Shown here in pieces: positions 12,426 to 22,197 of a stretch of 64,000 bases of DNA. The stretch's first letter is position 1, and each line of letters opens with the position of its first letter. The notes beneath the pieces were generated by a model. That model was not told where the DNA came from and did no database searches. It saw nothing but the letters and a program-made list of their open reading frames with translations. Origin of the DNA: Chloroflexota bacterium (GTDB lineage: Bacteria; Chloroflexota; UBA11872; VXNJ01); contig OZ253449.1 of the NCBI GenBank assembly GCA_965261345.1, positions 640,001 through 704,000 on the forward strand, written 5' to 3'. The translations under genes and the position numbers were made by a program.

Positions 12426-13565
12426 TCAAATCGGACCGACCGGTTCCCAGCGTCCCGATTGCCAAGACCTTATCATTGACGCTTGAACCCGGGCAACGGC
12501 CAGGGCGTCGTTAATGTCAGGCGAGGGTTTCGCTCGGCCGAGCACGGCCAGTAGGAAGCGATGAAATTCGATCGTCTTTAGGTCCATCAGGCTGGGCCCG
12601 TTCCCGGCGCCTGGGTTAAATGCTCCGTGGTCGCCGTGTCCGGCGCGCGCCAGTACCCGAGCGTATCCAGAATCCTCCTCGCCTGACAGGTGGATTTGCA
12701 TTTCATGCATCCGTTCCAGCGACCACTTGATGGAACCCTTGCTGCCATTGAGTTCGAAGGAATTTTCATTGGTCGGGCCATAAATAATTCGGCAGGCTTC
12801 GAGCGAGCCGCGCGCGCCGTTGGCAAAGCGCACCAAGGCGCCCACGTAATCCTCGTTTTCGACGGTGCCCATTGCGCCAGCCTCACCCGGCGGGCCTTCC
12901 AGTCGACGTTGGGTAGTAAAGGTCGCCTGGCTGGCCACGGTGGAGGCGATCGGTCCGATAACGAAATGGGCCGTATCAATTGCATGGGTCATGAGGTCGG
13001 CAAGGGTTCCAAATCCCGCTTCGGCGCGCCGGTAGCGCCAAGCCATCGGGGCCTTAACATCGGCGCCATCGTCTTGAAAATATCGCCCCCGGTAGTGGGT
13101 TACGTTGCCGATTTCGCCACTAGCGACCATATCGGCGGCGTGGGCGACCGCCGGAACACAGCGATAGTTGTAGCCGACCATAAAGACAATTCCCGCCGCC
13201 TTGACGGCCTTGGCGGCGGCGGCCGTCTCGGCCGGACTGATCCCCAATGGCTTCTCGCAGAGGATGTGTTTTCCGGCATGCGCGGCCGCTTCGACAATCT
13301 CTAGATGGTCGCAATTCGGAGTCGCAATCGCGACCGCGTCGACCCGTGGGTCTGCGATCACTAAACGCCAATCGTCTGCCCAAGTCGCAAAACCGAGCCG
13401 GGCAGCCACCCGCTTGGCCAGCGGCGCGTTCACGTCGGCACACACTACTCGGTTGAGGTTGATCGCCGAATCGCCGTACCAGATCGGGATTTGCACGCAC
13501 GCCCGCGCGTGGCGGATACCAGCGCGGCCCACTCCAATGATTCCGATTCCAATCGGGGCGCTCAT
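12426..13565 (-). CDS. Gfo/Idh/MocA family oxidoreductase
   Basis: GIIGVGRAG, IATPNCDH, HILCEKP, VGYNYR, GTLADLMTHAID. Confidence 0.9.
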   Translation of the reverse strand: MSAPIGIGIIGVGRAGIRHARACVQIPIWYGDSAINLNRVVCADVNAPLAKRVAARLGFATWADDWRLVIADPRVDAVAIATPNCDHLEIVEAAAHAGKHILCEKPLGISPAETAAAAKAVKAAGIVFMVGYNYRCVPAVAHAADMVASGEIGNVTHYRGRYFQDDGADVKAPMAWRYRRAEAGFGTLADLMTHAIDTAHFVIGPIASTVASQATFTTQRRLEGPPGEAGAMGTVENEDYVGALVRFANGARGSLEACRIIYGPTNENSFELNGSKGSIKWSLERMHEMQIHLSGEEDSGYARVLARAGHGDHGAFNPGAGNGPSLMDLKTIEFHRFLLAVLGRAKPSPDINDALAVARVQASMIRSWQSGRWEPVGPI

Positions 13566-14601
13566 GCGTCCGGTAGCTCCCTGGTGACCGATAAATTCCG
13601 GGCGATTTCAATTATCCAGCAAACCCTCTCCAGGCTGGTATCGAGCAACGTGGCGACATCCTGGCCGGCAAGCTGTGTAACCGCGGGTCGGCGCAGCCAG
13701 GCTCCCTCGGGGGTTTGCGTATCGATCAGCATGCCACTGACGGTGCGCGCGCGTTCGGCATAGCGGTCCATGCCGGTGGCAGCGTAAAGCACGGCGGCGC
13801 CCCATCCAACCTTGGCCGCGGTCAGGTCTTTAAACGAACCCGGACGGCAGGCTTCGGCCCAACCAAATACTCGTTCAGCGGCCGCAAGATATTTGACCTC
13901 GCCGCCTGCCAGATACAACTGCCCCAGAGCAGCCATCACGATTCCTAGGTGCCAATATGTCTGCCCTGGCTTTCCCAGTTCGATTTGATGGCGCCCGGCT
14001 TCAGCGGCGGCGAATTCGCTTATCCACGAGCCTTCCCAGCGCCGGCGCAACAATATGCGGCATTCGGGTTCGGGCTGACGCAAGATCATTTCCGTCTGCA
14101 AGAAATCTCCCGCCGCGCGGGCGGCCGCTAAGTTGCCAGTTGCAAGTAAACAGATCAGGGCGGCGGCACTGCTACCCAGATCGAGCACTCTTTCCGGGCA
14201 TTCATTGTTGGCAAATCCCCCTAAACGTGGATGTTGCTGGCGAGCGAGCCGTTCAGACTGGGCCAGGGCCAAATCCAAGGCCCCCAATCGCTGGCAGCTG
14301 AGTCCGAAAAACGCGTTGCGAAATATTGCAACCTGCGAATCTGCCTCGCCACCCGAGCATTGATGTCGCCGCGACAGAAAAATTTCGCACGCGCATATTC
14401 GGCAATCAACTGGGCCAGATCAGGCCGACCGCCCAGCGCGAAGGCTAACGGCGCCAAATAGTACGCGCTTACCCGGTCCTCAGCCTCAGCAAAACTGCCT
14501 TCAGGGGAAAGCCTTTCGGCCGCCCAGTCCAGGGTCTTCCTGGCGGTGGCAATTGCCGGCGGCAAGGGCGCCTCACGATGGGAATGGTTCTTTATCGCCA
14601 T
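13562..14601 (-). pseudogene. Uncharacterised (alpha/alpha)-toroid / prenyltransferase-repeat-like protein with a single frameshift near 14355
   Basis: The N-part (MAIKNH...SAYYLAPLAF...GDINA, ATG 14601) joins a second frame (SGGEADSQVAIFRNAFF...QQHPRLGGF...QTPEGAW). The fold call is tentative. Confidence 0.5.
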
Positions 14602-14668
14602 ACTGGTGCCGCTACCGTCTGCTGGTTGAAGGATCCTATGTGGTCCAATTTTTTCACTCAGCCTTTGG

Positions 14669-15757
14669 TCACTCGATCGCGGGGCGCACCTGCGTGGCGA
14701 GCAGTTCGAGACTATAGATTTCCCGCTCGCGATCTTCCCAGTCGTGGCCAACCGCCAAAATGGTTCCAAATCTCCCGCATTGCGCCCGCAAGCGGTTGAT
14801 CTTGTCGGCCACGGTGTCGGGACTTCCAACTAACCAGACGTTGTGGGCAAGATATTCGACCGTCACTTCGCTGTCGGCCATCGACGGGTCGTTCTTGAAC
14901 AGGGCCAGACCGCCGGGAATGTTGCGGGTCAATACCGGAAGCATGAAGCGATCAAAATTCCGCCCCATCGGGCCCTCGATGGCATGCCTGAGCGCTTCCG
15001 CGTCGGTGTCGGCCACGAACACTTCGCGTGCAACTCGCCACGGTGAAGGATCGATCGGATGTCCACCCTCGGCCTGTCCGGCGCGATATGCGTCCCAATG
15101 GGTCCCGATTACCCAATTGGCAACCAAATTTGTTGACAGCGGCCAATAACCGCGCCGGCCGGCCATTCTCATCGAACCGGAGTTGGGCGAAAAGCCCGGA
15201 ATGCCGATTGGCGGGTGCGGCCGGGTGTAAGGCTTGAGCGGATAACCCATGTCCAGGTCGAGCTGGTCCGGGGAGAGTTCAACCCGCCAATGCTTGCCCT
15301 GATGCAGCCAGGGTGGGTCCTCGGCAAACAATCTAAGGATCAACTCAAAGCCCTCGTCGAAACGCTCTTGCATCGCCTTCGGGTCTCCGTCCACGCCCAT
15401 GAACGGTCTATCCGAAGGAATTGAGCCGGTTCCCAATCCCAGATTGAACCGGCCACGCGAAAGGTGATCGAGCATCGCGGCACGGGTGGCCAATTCAGCC
15501 GGGTGGTGCAACGCTGGCAGGAACACACCGGTGCCCAGCCGGATGTTCTTTGTCAAGGGAAATGCATTGGCCAGGAAAAGGTCGGGGGCGGCGATCGTCT
15601 CCCACCGTGAGGTCATGTGTTCGCCGACCCAGGCTTCGGAATATCCCAGTTCATCGGCTCGGCAGATGAGATCGAGATCTTCATCAAATCCCTGGGTCGT
15701 GGGTTTTTCAGGCGGGTGCAACGGCATCAAAAATAATCCGACTTCCAACCACGACAC
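14669..15757 (-). CDS. LLM class flavin-dependent oxidoreductase (luciferase-like monooxygenase)
   Basis: GLFLMPLHPP, ADELGYSEAWVGEH, IRLGTGV, LDHLSRGRF and WLVGSPDTV motifs. Confidence 0.92.
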   Translation of the reverse strand: MSWLEVGLFLMPLHPPEKPTTQGFDEDLDLICRADELGYSEAWVGEHMTSRWETIAAPDLFLANAFPLTKNIRLGTGVFLPALHHPAELATRAAMLDHLSRGRFNLGLGTGSIPSDRPFMGVDGDPKAMQERFDEGFELILRLFAEDPPWLHQGKHWRVELSPDQLDLDMGYPLKPYTRPHPPIGIPGFSPNSGSMRMAGRRGYWPLSTNLVANWVIGTHWDAYRAGQAEGGHPIDPSPWRVAREVFVADTDAEALRHAIEGPMGRNFDRFMLPVLTRNIPGGLALFKNDPSMADSEVTVEYLAHNVWLVGSPDTVADKINRLRAQCGRFGTILAVGHDWEDREREIYSLELLATQVRPAIE

Positions 15758-15959
15758 CTCTTCCGGATGAGATCGGCCGGTCCGACGGATCTCTAGTTCG
15801 GGGCGTCGCGACGCCCCACTGTGGCAATTGTGCCTACCGCGTCGGGGTCAGGACGCATTGACTCACTGTTTTTGTAATCGAAACAGGGCCATTGGCAACA
15901 TGCAAGATTTGTAATCCAAATCCGAAGGGAGGCCGCAAATACGAAGGAAGAAGATGAGT

Positions 15960-16332
15960 CGGGCTGCATCTGGCAGGTCATCTAGGCCACCGACATCGAG
16001 ATGACCGACGCCTCCAAGTGCATCGGGGAGCACCGGGATCGCAAGGAGAAGCTGGAGGTCGCCGCAGAGGAGGCGAGAAAGCTGCTCTCGGACCGGCGGC
16101 AGTTTCTGGACAGCGCCGACACCATCGCCACCTTCGCCGAGGACATGAGCGAGTTCCTCAAGGCCAGCGAGCTGACTCAGACCAGGGCCTTCGTCCACTC
16201 CTTCGTCAAGGAGATCGAGGTCAAGCCCGGCAGGGTCCGCCATCGCCTACGCGATACCCACGTCGGAGGACTCGCCCATAGGGGACCGGACGACGCAGAG
16301 ATCACCCTAACCGGGCGAGTTCGCAGTACAGG
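15960..16332 (+). mobile_element. Degraded C-terminal remnant of a large serine recombinase abutting the tRNA-Ile 3' end
   Basis: IWQVI*ATDIEM...KEKLEVAAEEAR..LSDRRQFLDSADTIATFAEDMSEFLKASELTQTRAFVHSFVKEIEVKPGR resembles LSR coiled-coil C-termini; in-frame TAG and frameshifts; no catalytic N-terminus. Confidence 0.6.
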
Positions 16333-16406
16333 TGGGCCACATTGGAATCGAACCAATGACCTCGCCCTTATCAGAGGCGCGCTCTAACCGACTGAGCTAG
16401 TGGCCC
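16333..16406 (-). tRNA. tRNA-Ile(GAT)
   Basis: GGGCCACTAGCTCAGTCGGTTAGAGCGCGCCTCTGATAAGGGCGAGGTCATTGGTTCGATTCCAATGTGGCCCA, followed by CCT rather than CCA. Confidence 0.96.
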
Positions 16407-16609
16407 GGCAAGCAGTGATTTTAGTTGGTCACTTGCAAACGGCCGGAAAGGTCACCGCCCACCTTATTCATAACGGTCCTTTTAGGATACAAATTGTGCA
16501 AGCTAGGTGGCATTGCTTTTGGGGCAACCGAACCGGTGGGGCAATCTTGCGCCACCGTTGAATTTTTGCCCCGTGCGACGCCCCGGTCGCACGCTCGTTG
16601 CCGCCGGGT

Positions 16610-17791
16610 TTAAAGCGACTCGATCAGCGATTTGACACGTGCGAGCGCTCGTCGCAAATTGTCCTGTGAATTGGCAAACGAGATCCGGAGGCCATTGGCC
16701 CCATAGGCCCCGAACGCCGAGCCAGCCAATACTGCGACCCCGGCCTCGTCGAGCAGTCGATCCGCCAATTCGGTGGAGTTTTCCCCCAATTCGGGAAACG
16801 CGTAGAACGCCCCTCCAGGTGCTTTGCAACTGACCCCCTCGATCGCATTCAACCCCTCAACGACGATCTGTCGCCGTACCCCGAACTCGGCCGCCATGGC
16901 GCGCACCGAATCCTGTGGACCGTTAAGGGCCTCAACGCCGGCCATCTGCACGAAACCAGCGGTGCAACTGACCGCGTTGACTTGCATCTGCGCCATCACC
17001 TCGATGATCGGCTTCGGCCCGATCGCGTAGCCCAACCGCCAGCCGGTCATGGCATACGCCTTGGAAAATCCGTCCAGGATGATCGTTTGTTCGGCCAGAT
17101 CGCCGATCGCGGCAATCGACTCGAACTCGGCCCCGTAAATGATGTCCTTGTAGATCTCGTCGGCAAGAATTACGACATCGCGCCCGGACAGCAGTTTGGC
17201 AATAGCGACAAGATCGTCCGATGTTAGGGTGCCGCCGGTCGGATTGCCCGGCGAATTGAGGATCACCAATCGCGTGCGATCGGATAGATCGGCAGCCAGG
17301 CGGTCCAGGTCAACCCGGAAGTTGTTGTCCGAAAGCAGAGGCATCGGGACCGCGCGCGCGCCGACGTAATTGATCATCGATTCGTAGATCGGGAATCCGG
17401 GATTGGGGTAAATGACCTCATCGCCCGGCTGGCAGAGAGCAAGAATTGCGTAAAACATCACCGGTTTGCCGCCAGGGGTAACTAATACCTGCTCGGGCGA
17501 GTGCTCGATTCCCCGCCGTTCCAGTGAATTGGCGGCGACTGCTTCGCGCAATTGCGGAAGGCCGTGGGCCGGGCCGTAGTGGGTGTAGCCGCCGCGCAAT
17601 GCTCTGACCCCGGCTTCGACAATGTTGGGTGGGGTTTCGAAATCGGGCTCACCGATTTCCAGGTGAATGATGTCGCGCCCTGCCGCTTCCAGCGCGCGGG
17701 CTTTGGCCAGGACCACAAATGCCGACTCGGTGCCCAATCGCCCAATTGCGTCGGCAAGACGAAAACGGTCAGCGTATAGAAGTTTGGTCAT
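16610..17791 (-). CDS. Pyridoxal-phosphate-dependent class I aminotransferase (AspC-like)
   Basis: HLEIGEPDF, NSPGNPTG, ADEIY, GFSKAYAMTGWRLGY; true start probably ATG 17791 (MTKLLYADRF). Confidence 0.92.
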   Translation of the reverse strand: MTKLLYADRFRLADAIGRLGTESAFVVLAKARALEAAGRDIIHLEIGEPDFETPPNIVEAGVRALRGGYTHYGPAHGLPQLREAVAANSLERRGIEHSPEQVLVTPGGKPVMFYAILALCQPGDEVIYPNPGFPIYESMINYVGARAVPMPLLSDNNFRVDLDRLAADLSDRTRLVILNSPGNPTGGTLTSDDLVAIAKLLSGRDVVILADEIYKDIIYGAEFESIAAIGDLAEQTIILDGFSKAYAMTGWRLGYAIGPKPIIEVMAQMQVNAVSCTAGFVQMAGVEALNGPQDSVRAMAAEFGVRRQIVVEGLNAIEGVSCKAPGGAFYAFPELGENSTELADRLLDEAGVAVLAGSAFGAYGANGLRISFANSQDNLRRALARVKSLIESL

Positions 17792-17871
17792 TATTGGCGG
17801 CGTTTTTCGATTCGGATGGGAACCATACAAATATTCGCTGATGGGGTCGGCCGCGGGACTCCCGGAGGCGA

Positions 17872-18324
17872 TCAACGGGGTCGGCGGCGGCGCACCAAAA
17901 TGCCGGCCCCGATCGCCACCGCGGCCGCGACTACGCCGACGGCCGCGATCGTTGGCCCCCAGCGCAATCCGGCCAGGGAGATCGCCACCAGAAATCCGGC
18001 CAGCAACCCCCAACGGGAGCAAGTCAGTCCCAGGTTCAGATACCGTCCCCGGCCCGCCCACGGCCGCAGTCTGGCATAGGCGAGCGCACTTCCGATCAGA
18101 ACCGATCCACCGATCACGCACCCGTAGAACCAGGCTTGGGCCGCTAGCAGGTTGGGGTCGGCCAATACCAACAATCCACAAGCCGTCCCGGCACATAGCA
18201 CCGCGCCAAGACGGGCAAGTGCATAGCCGAATGCCGGTAGGTGGTTCGCCTCCGCGGAGGGCGGCCGTGATCCGGCGAAGCGATGCGGTTGCCGCGCCAG
18301 CGCTTGCAGATCAGTAGATTGCAA
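17872..18324 (-). CDS. Hypothetical ~4-TM membrane protein
   Basis: Hydrophobic segments with a basic C-tail (VRRRRPR); co-oriented between sbcC-like and the aminotransferase. Confidence 0.55.
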   Translation of the reverse strand: MQSTDLQALARQPHRFAGSRPPSAEANHLPAFGYALARLGAVLCAGTACGLLVLADPNLLAAQAWFYGCVIGGSVLIGSALAYARLRPWAGRGRYLNLGLTCSRWGLLAGFLVAISLAGLRWGPTIAAVGVVAAAVAIGAGILVRRRRPR

Positions 18325-18380
18325 GTACTAGCGACCCGTCGTGGGCAAGTTTTTGGCCCGTAAACGCCGACTGCAAGCGA

Positions 18381-20834
18381 TCATCCATCCAATTGGGCAA
18401 GCCGCTTGAAGCCGCAGCGTTCAAAGGTAGGGTTCCCGCTAAGGACAAGCATCTGCGGGATCGCCGCCAGCAATCCATCCTCGACCAGGGCGCCGCCGAG
18501 AACGCCGCGCAACTGCTCCGAGGTGACGGCGCCGGGTTCATCCAGGATGCAGAATCCGGGCAACCCGGGAACCGAGTTTCCACTGTGGGTAACCGCGCGC
18601 GCCAGCCAAAGCAGCAATTCCGACTGTTGGGTCAATCCACTGCCAAACTGGCCGGACGAAATCCAGTCTTGCGCAGCCTCGTCCCAAAGTCGAAGGCTGC
18701 AATCAGCTTCAACTTGGAGATCGAAGTACTTCCCGGCGCTCAACCTCGGCAGCAGATTGCGGGCGTTTTGCAGGGTCTGGGCAACTGCTCGGTCACCCAA
18801 TTTCTGATCCATCGCCCGCACCGCGGCTGCTAACTTGCGGCGGCGGCGGCGGCGGCCTTGCAATTGATGCAGCTTGTTCTCAGCCTCGTTGGCATCCACC
18901 TGGTATGCCGGACGACGATCGACCGCGCTGGCGCTTTCAATCTCGGCATCCAACTTGGCGATCTGACTGTCGAGGCGACGGATGTCCAGTTGCAACCGGC
19001 GGTGCAGTTCACGATCATGCGGCTGGCCAGCGGCTTCATAGAGCGCGGCCTGAAGTTCCATGTCGATTTCGCGGGCGGCGACGGTCGCCTCCGATTCGAG
19101 GTCGGAGAGCTTTCGTCGGGCCTGCTCACGCCGCTGCCGGGCCCGCAACACCTTGCGATCGAGCACCGGGTCGGGTGCGGTCGCGGCACCATCGGGTGCA
19201 CCCTCGCTACGGCACGCGGAATCGCGCAATGCCTCAACACGGTCCAGCACCAACTCGTAACCATCCAGCCCGGCATTGGGTTCTAGCTCGCATAATCGCG
19301 ATCGTCTTTTGTCCAGGATTTGACGGATGCGGACAATATCGGTCTCAAGCGCGTGAGTTCGGATAGCCAGCGCCTCCGGATCTTCCGCTAAACGTTCGAG
19401 ATTCTCAATTTCCTCCAAAACTGCGTGGATCGCTTGTTCGACGGCTTCAGAGTTGGCGGGAATGTTCAGGCCGAAAAGAATTGTGTGCGCCCGTTCGAGC
19501 GCCGAGTCACCTTCGGCTCGCAGCCGGCGGGACTGGTCGCGAGCCGGACGCTCGCCAGTTCTGCGCAGCTGCTGTTCGATGTGCTCGATCAGTTCTCCGG
19601 CATCGCGATTGAGGAGCTCGCGGGCTTCGTCGGGCGAATTTGGAATGCGCAGTCCCTGGCCAAGCATTTCCTGCTCCAACCGCTGCAGCTGCCCGATCGG
19701 TCCATCTGCCGCGGGCGACGATTCGTCCGCTAGATCGAATCGCGACATCCCGGATACACGCGTGGAAACGCTGGCGCGCTCGGAAAGATCAATCCAGCGA
19801 GCATAAATTTCAGCCCCGCCATTTTCAAACGTGCGCAGATCGACTAGATCCGACAGCATCGCCCCAACTTGGTTCGCGGCAGATTCCCCACCGGCAATCT
19901 CCACATCTTTGGCGAACGCCTCGGCCATTGCGTCGCGGGCGCTCTTGAGCCTGCCCGCCTTGGCTCGCAGCCGGATCAGCTCGGCCTCGCCGCCGTCGGC
20001 GTCGGTCGCCAAATCGTGGAGTATCCGCAGCTGCGCGCAGGCGTCATCGAGCGCCTGCGCCAGGTCAACCAATTCGCAGGCGGCAGCGAAAATCTCGCCA
20101 TCGCGGCCGCCGAGGCGGGTTGTGGTGCTTTCCTTAGACAGCTGCGACTCGGCCTGCTCCAACTCGCTCTCGGCCACCTGCAATTCATCACGCGCGGCGC
20201 GCAGACGCGGCGCCAGGCCTGCCAGCGATTGCGATGCTAATTGCCGGCGCAATCGCAATCGCCTGGTTGCCAACTCGCGATGCTGGCGCGAATCGTGCGC
20301 CAGCGCTACGGCTGAGCGGGCTTTCCCGATTGCCTGTTCGATTTCGGCATCACCATCCAAGCGGTCTAAGACCCTGCGCAAGTAGGTCCGGTCGGCGGCC
20401 AAGCAATCGCAGCTCTGCGCGCTGGCCGAACTCCACATGAAGAATTCGCAGACCTGGTCTACCGGGTAGGCAAACATCCGCCCGATCAGCTCCTGTCCGG
20501 CAGCGGGGTTGTCGGCTGAGGCCTGGGCCAGACCCTGTCGCAGGTTTACTCGAACGTTTTCGCCACTGCTACTGATTTGGCGCTTTATCTGCAGAACATT
20601 TTGGCCGTCGCAGAGTTCGAGCTCTACCTGGCCAGTTCTACTGCCGTACGCGATCAGATCGTCAACGGCAAGCCCCGATGCCAACCCCTGCAGGGCCAAT
20701 CGCATGGCCAGCACCATGCTTGTCTTTCCCTCATAGACGGCCCCAATTAGGATCCGTCCGCGCAGCGGCAATACCAATTCGACCGCCCCAATTGCCCGAA
20801 TATTGCGGACCGTCAATCTTGAAATCGTGACCAT
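18381..20834 (-). CDS. SbcC/Rad50-like SMC-family coiled-coil protein with degenerate ATPase motifs
   Basis: N-terminal ISRLTVRNIRAI..GAVYEGKTS, long coiled coil, C-terminal LPRLSAGKY...LWDE...QFGSG...CILDEP. Confidence 0.75.
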   Translation of the reverse strand: MVTISRLTVRNIRAIGAVELVLPLRGRILIGAVYEGKTSMVLAMRLALQGLASGLAVDDLIAYGSRTGQVELELCDGQNVLQIKRQISSSGENVRVNLRQGLAQASADNPAAGQELIGRMFAYPVDQVCEFFMWSSASAQSCDCLAADRTYLRRVLDRLDGDAEIEQAIGKARSAVALAHDSRQHRELATRRLRLRRQLASQSLAGLAPRLRAARDELQVAESELEQAESQLSKESTTTRLGGRDGEIFAAACELVDLAQALDDACAQLRILHDLATDADGGEAELIRLRAKAGRLKSARDAMAEAFAKDVEIAGGESAANQVGAMLSDLVDLRTFENGGAEIYARWIDLSERASVSTRVSGMSRFDLADESSPAADGPIGQLQRLEQEMLGQGLRIPNSPDEARELLNRDAGELIEHIEQQLRRTGERPARDQSRRLRAEGDSALERAHTILFGLNIPANSEAVEQAIHAVLEEIENLERLAEDPEALAIRTHALETDIVRIRQILDKRRSRLCELEPNAGLDGYELVLDRVEALRDSACRSEGAPDGAATAPDPVLDRKVLRARQRREQARRKLSDLESEATVAAREIDMELQAALYEAAGQPHDRELHRRLQLDIRRLDSQIAKLDAEIESASAVDRRPAYQVDANEAENKLHQLQGRRRRRRKLAAAVRAMDQKLGDRAVAQTLQNARNLLPRLSAGKYFDLQVEADCSLRLWDEAAQDWISSGQFGSGLTQQSELLLWLARAVTHSGNSVPGLPGFCILDEPGAVTSEQLRGVLGGALVEDGLLAAIPQMLVLSGNPTFERCGFKRLAQLDG

Positions 20835-20836
20835 GT

Positions 20837-22042
20837 TTACCTTGGCGGCCGGACCGGAGCACCGGCGAGGAGACCCTTAAGTTCAGCGATGGAAGCCGAA
20901 TGTTCGCGGTCGCCATCCCAGTTGTCGGCGCCGTCTTGACCGAGCATGGATTCGATTTCTTCCAGCACTGGCAGCGGGCCACGACCCGCCTCGCTGGCGT
21001 CTTGCACCGTTAAAAGTCCGGAAACATCCAACTCGAAGCTGGCGGTGAGGGATCTCCCGTATTCACACAGGCTGGCCAGACCAGCCGCTCGCAGGGCGGC
21101 CGGCGTGGCACGCCCGTAAACGCGCATCACCAGTTCGGTCGCCGCGATCGCCGATTCGTCGATCATGCTACGGATTTCAGCATGGGCGTCAACCGATTCC
21201 AGAAGGCTAGCGGGCACCAAAACTTCGGCCACCGGTTGGCCGATCCCCGATTCGAATCGAATTTGCTGCACCCCGCCACGCGCCAACACCACCTTCGCAA
21301 ATCCACCTTCAGGGGCCGACCGTAGGGCGCTGCCCGGGGCCACGACCATGGTTTTTGCGGCCTGGTAACGCTGTGGCTTTCCATTGCCCCCGGTCACTAG
21401 GAGATCGATGCCATTAAGGGCGTTGACCGAATCGAGATCGATTCGCGGACCGGCGGCCGAAACCGGAGCCAGTTGCTCAACCAGGGCATCGGTAACTAGC
21501 ACATGACAGTCGCCGACCCGGGGAAAGTTGAGCTGCCGCAATGGATTGCCACCCGAAACGGCGCCCGCACCAGGGAGAGAGGAGAACGCCAACCGCAGAC
21601 CGCCCAGGCTAACCAGATGGGTATTTGGCGTACGGTCCAGGCACTCCACAAATCCCAGCTGCGACAAAAGGTCAAGGGCCGAGAGGGCGCCGCTGGGCGG
21701 AAGTTCGTAGGGTCCATGGATTGCAAAACTGGATATCCCGGCCTTGCCCAGTGCCTGCAGTCCGGCGGCGGCGGCGGCAATTTCGGCTGGTTCGGGGTCT
21801 GATCGGTCGAACAGGCCACCGGCGATCACGAGACCGTGGGCGCGGTTGGCGATGGCGTAGTTAACTACCGCACCGAATGCCAGCCGGCGCTCAAGCAGGG
21901 CACCCTCGCGCTGCTCAGGCGGCAACCAGCCTTTTGAGCGGCCAAGCCGCAGCCCGCCGGTAAGTATGAGGCGGGCAGCGCCGCCGGTAAGTATGAGGCG
22001 GGCAGCGCCGCCGGTTCGGCTCACGCCATTTAGGAAAGACAT
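20837..22042 (-). CDS. SbcD/Mre11-like metallophosphoesterase-fold protein lacking catalytic metal ligands
   Basis: Motif spacing of SbcD (LILTGGLRLG, VIAGGLFD, AIHGPYE, LLVTGG, VVAPGS) directly upstream of the Rad50-like gene; start ATG 22042 (alternatively TTG 22087). Confidence 0.72.
   Translation of the reverse strand: MSFLNGVSRTGGAARLILTGGAARLILTGGLRLGRSKGWLPPEQREGALLERRLAFGAVVNYAIANRAHGLVIAGGLFDRSDPEPAEIAAAAAGLQALGKAGISSFAIHGPYELPPSGALSALDLLSQLGFVECLDRTPNTHLVSLGGLRLAFSSLPGAGAVSGGNPLRQLNFPRVGDCHVLVTDALVEQLAPVSAAGPRIDLDSVNALNGIDLLVTGGNGKPQRYQAAKTMVVAPGSALRSAPEGGFAKVVLARGGVQQIRFESGIGQPVAEVLVPASLLESVDAHAEIRSMIDESAIAATELVMRVYGRATPAALRAAGLASLCEYGRSLTASFELDVSGLLTVQDASEAGRGPLPVLEEIESMLGQDGADNWDGDREHSASIAELKGLLAGAPVRPPR
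21954..22015. repeat. 27-bp tandem duplication (TGGAARLIL x2) at the sbcD-like 5' end
   Basis: ccgccggtaagtatgaggcgggcagcg x2 plus an 8-nt partial copy. Confidence 0.95.
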
Positions 22043-22197
22043 TGCCACAGACTGCAATCGGATAGGACCGCGCCGACGCCTCTCCAAGCCGACTCTTTAA
22101 TGTTAGGAGCCTGATGCAAATCATTCGGCCGGAAACGCCAATAAAATCCAGCGCGCCCGTCCGAATCTGGGCAATTGAGCGGATCTGGTGATACGTA

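Noticed and set aside
16407-16609. Possible 16S rRNA or its relic upstream of tRNA-Ile
   Set aside because: No anti-SD tail (GATCACCTCCTT) or other 16S motif; only ~200 nt before the aminotransferase stop.
17792-18196. N-terminal extensions given by the ORF track for the aminotransferase (also coaBC, ssb, znuC, thyX, SBP)
   Set aside because: The extensions overlap neighbouring genes and lack family similarity; downstream starts fit better.
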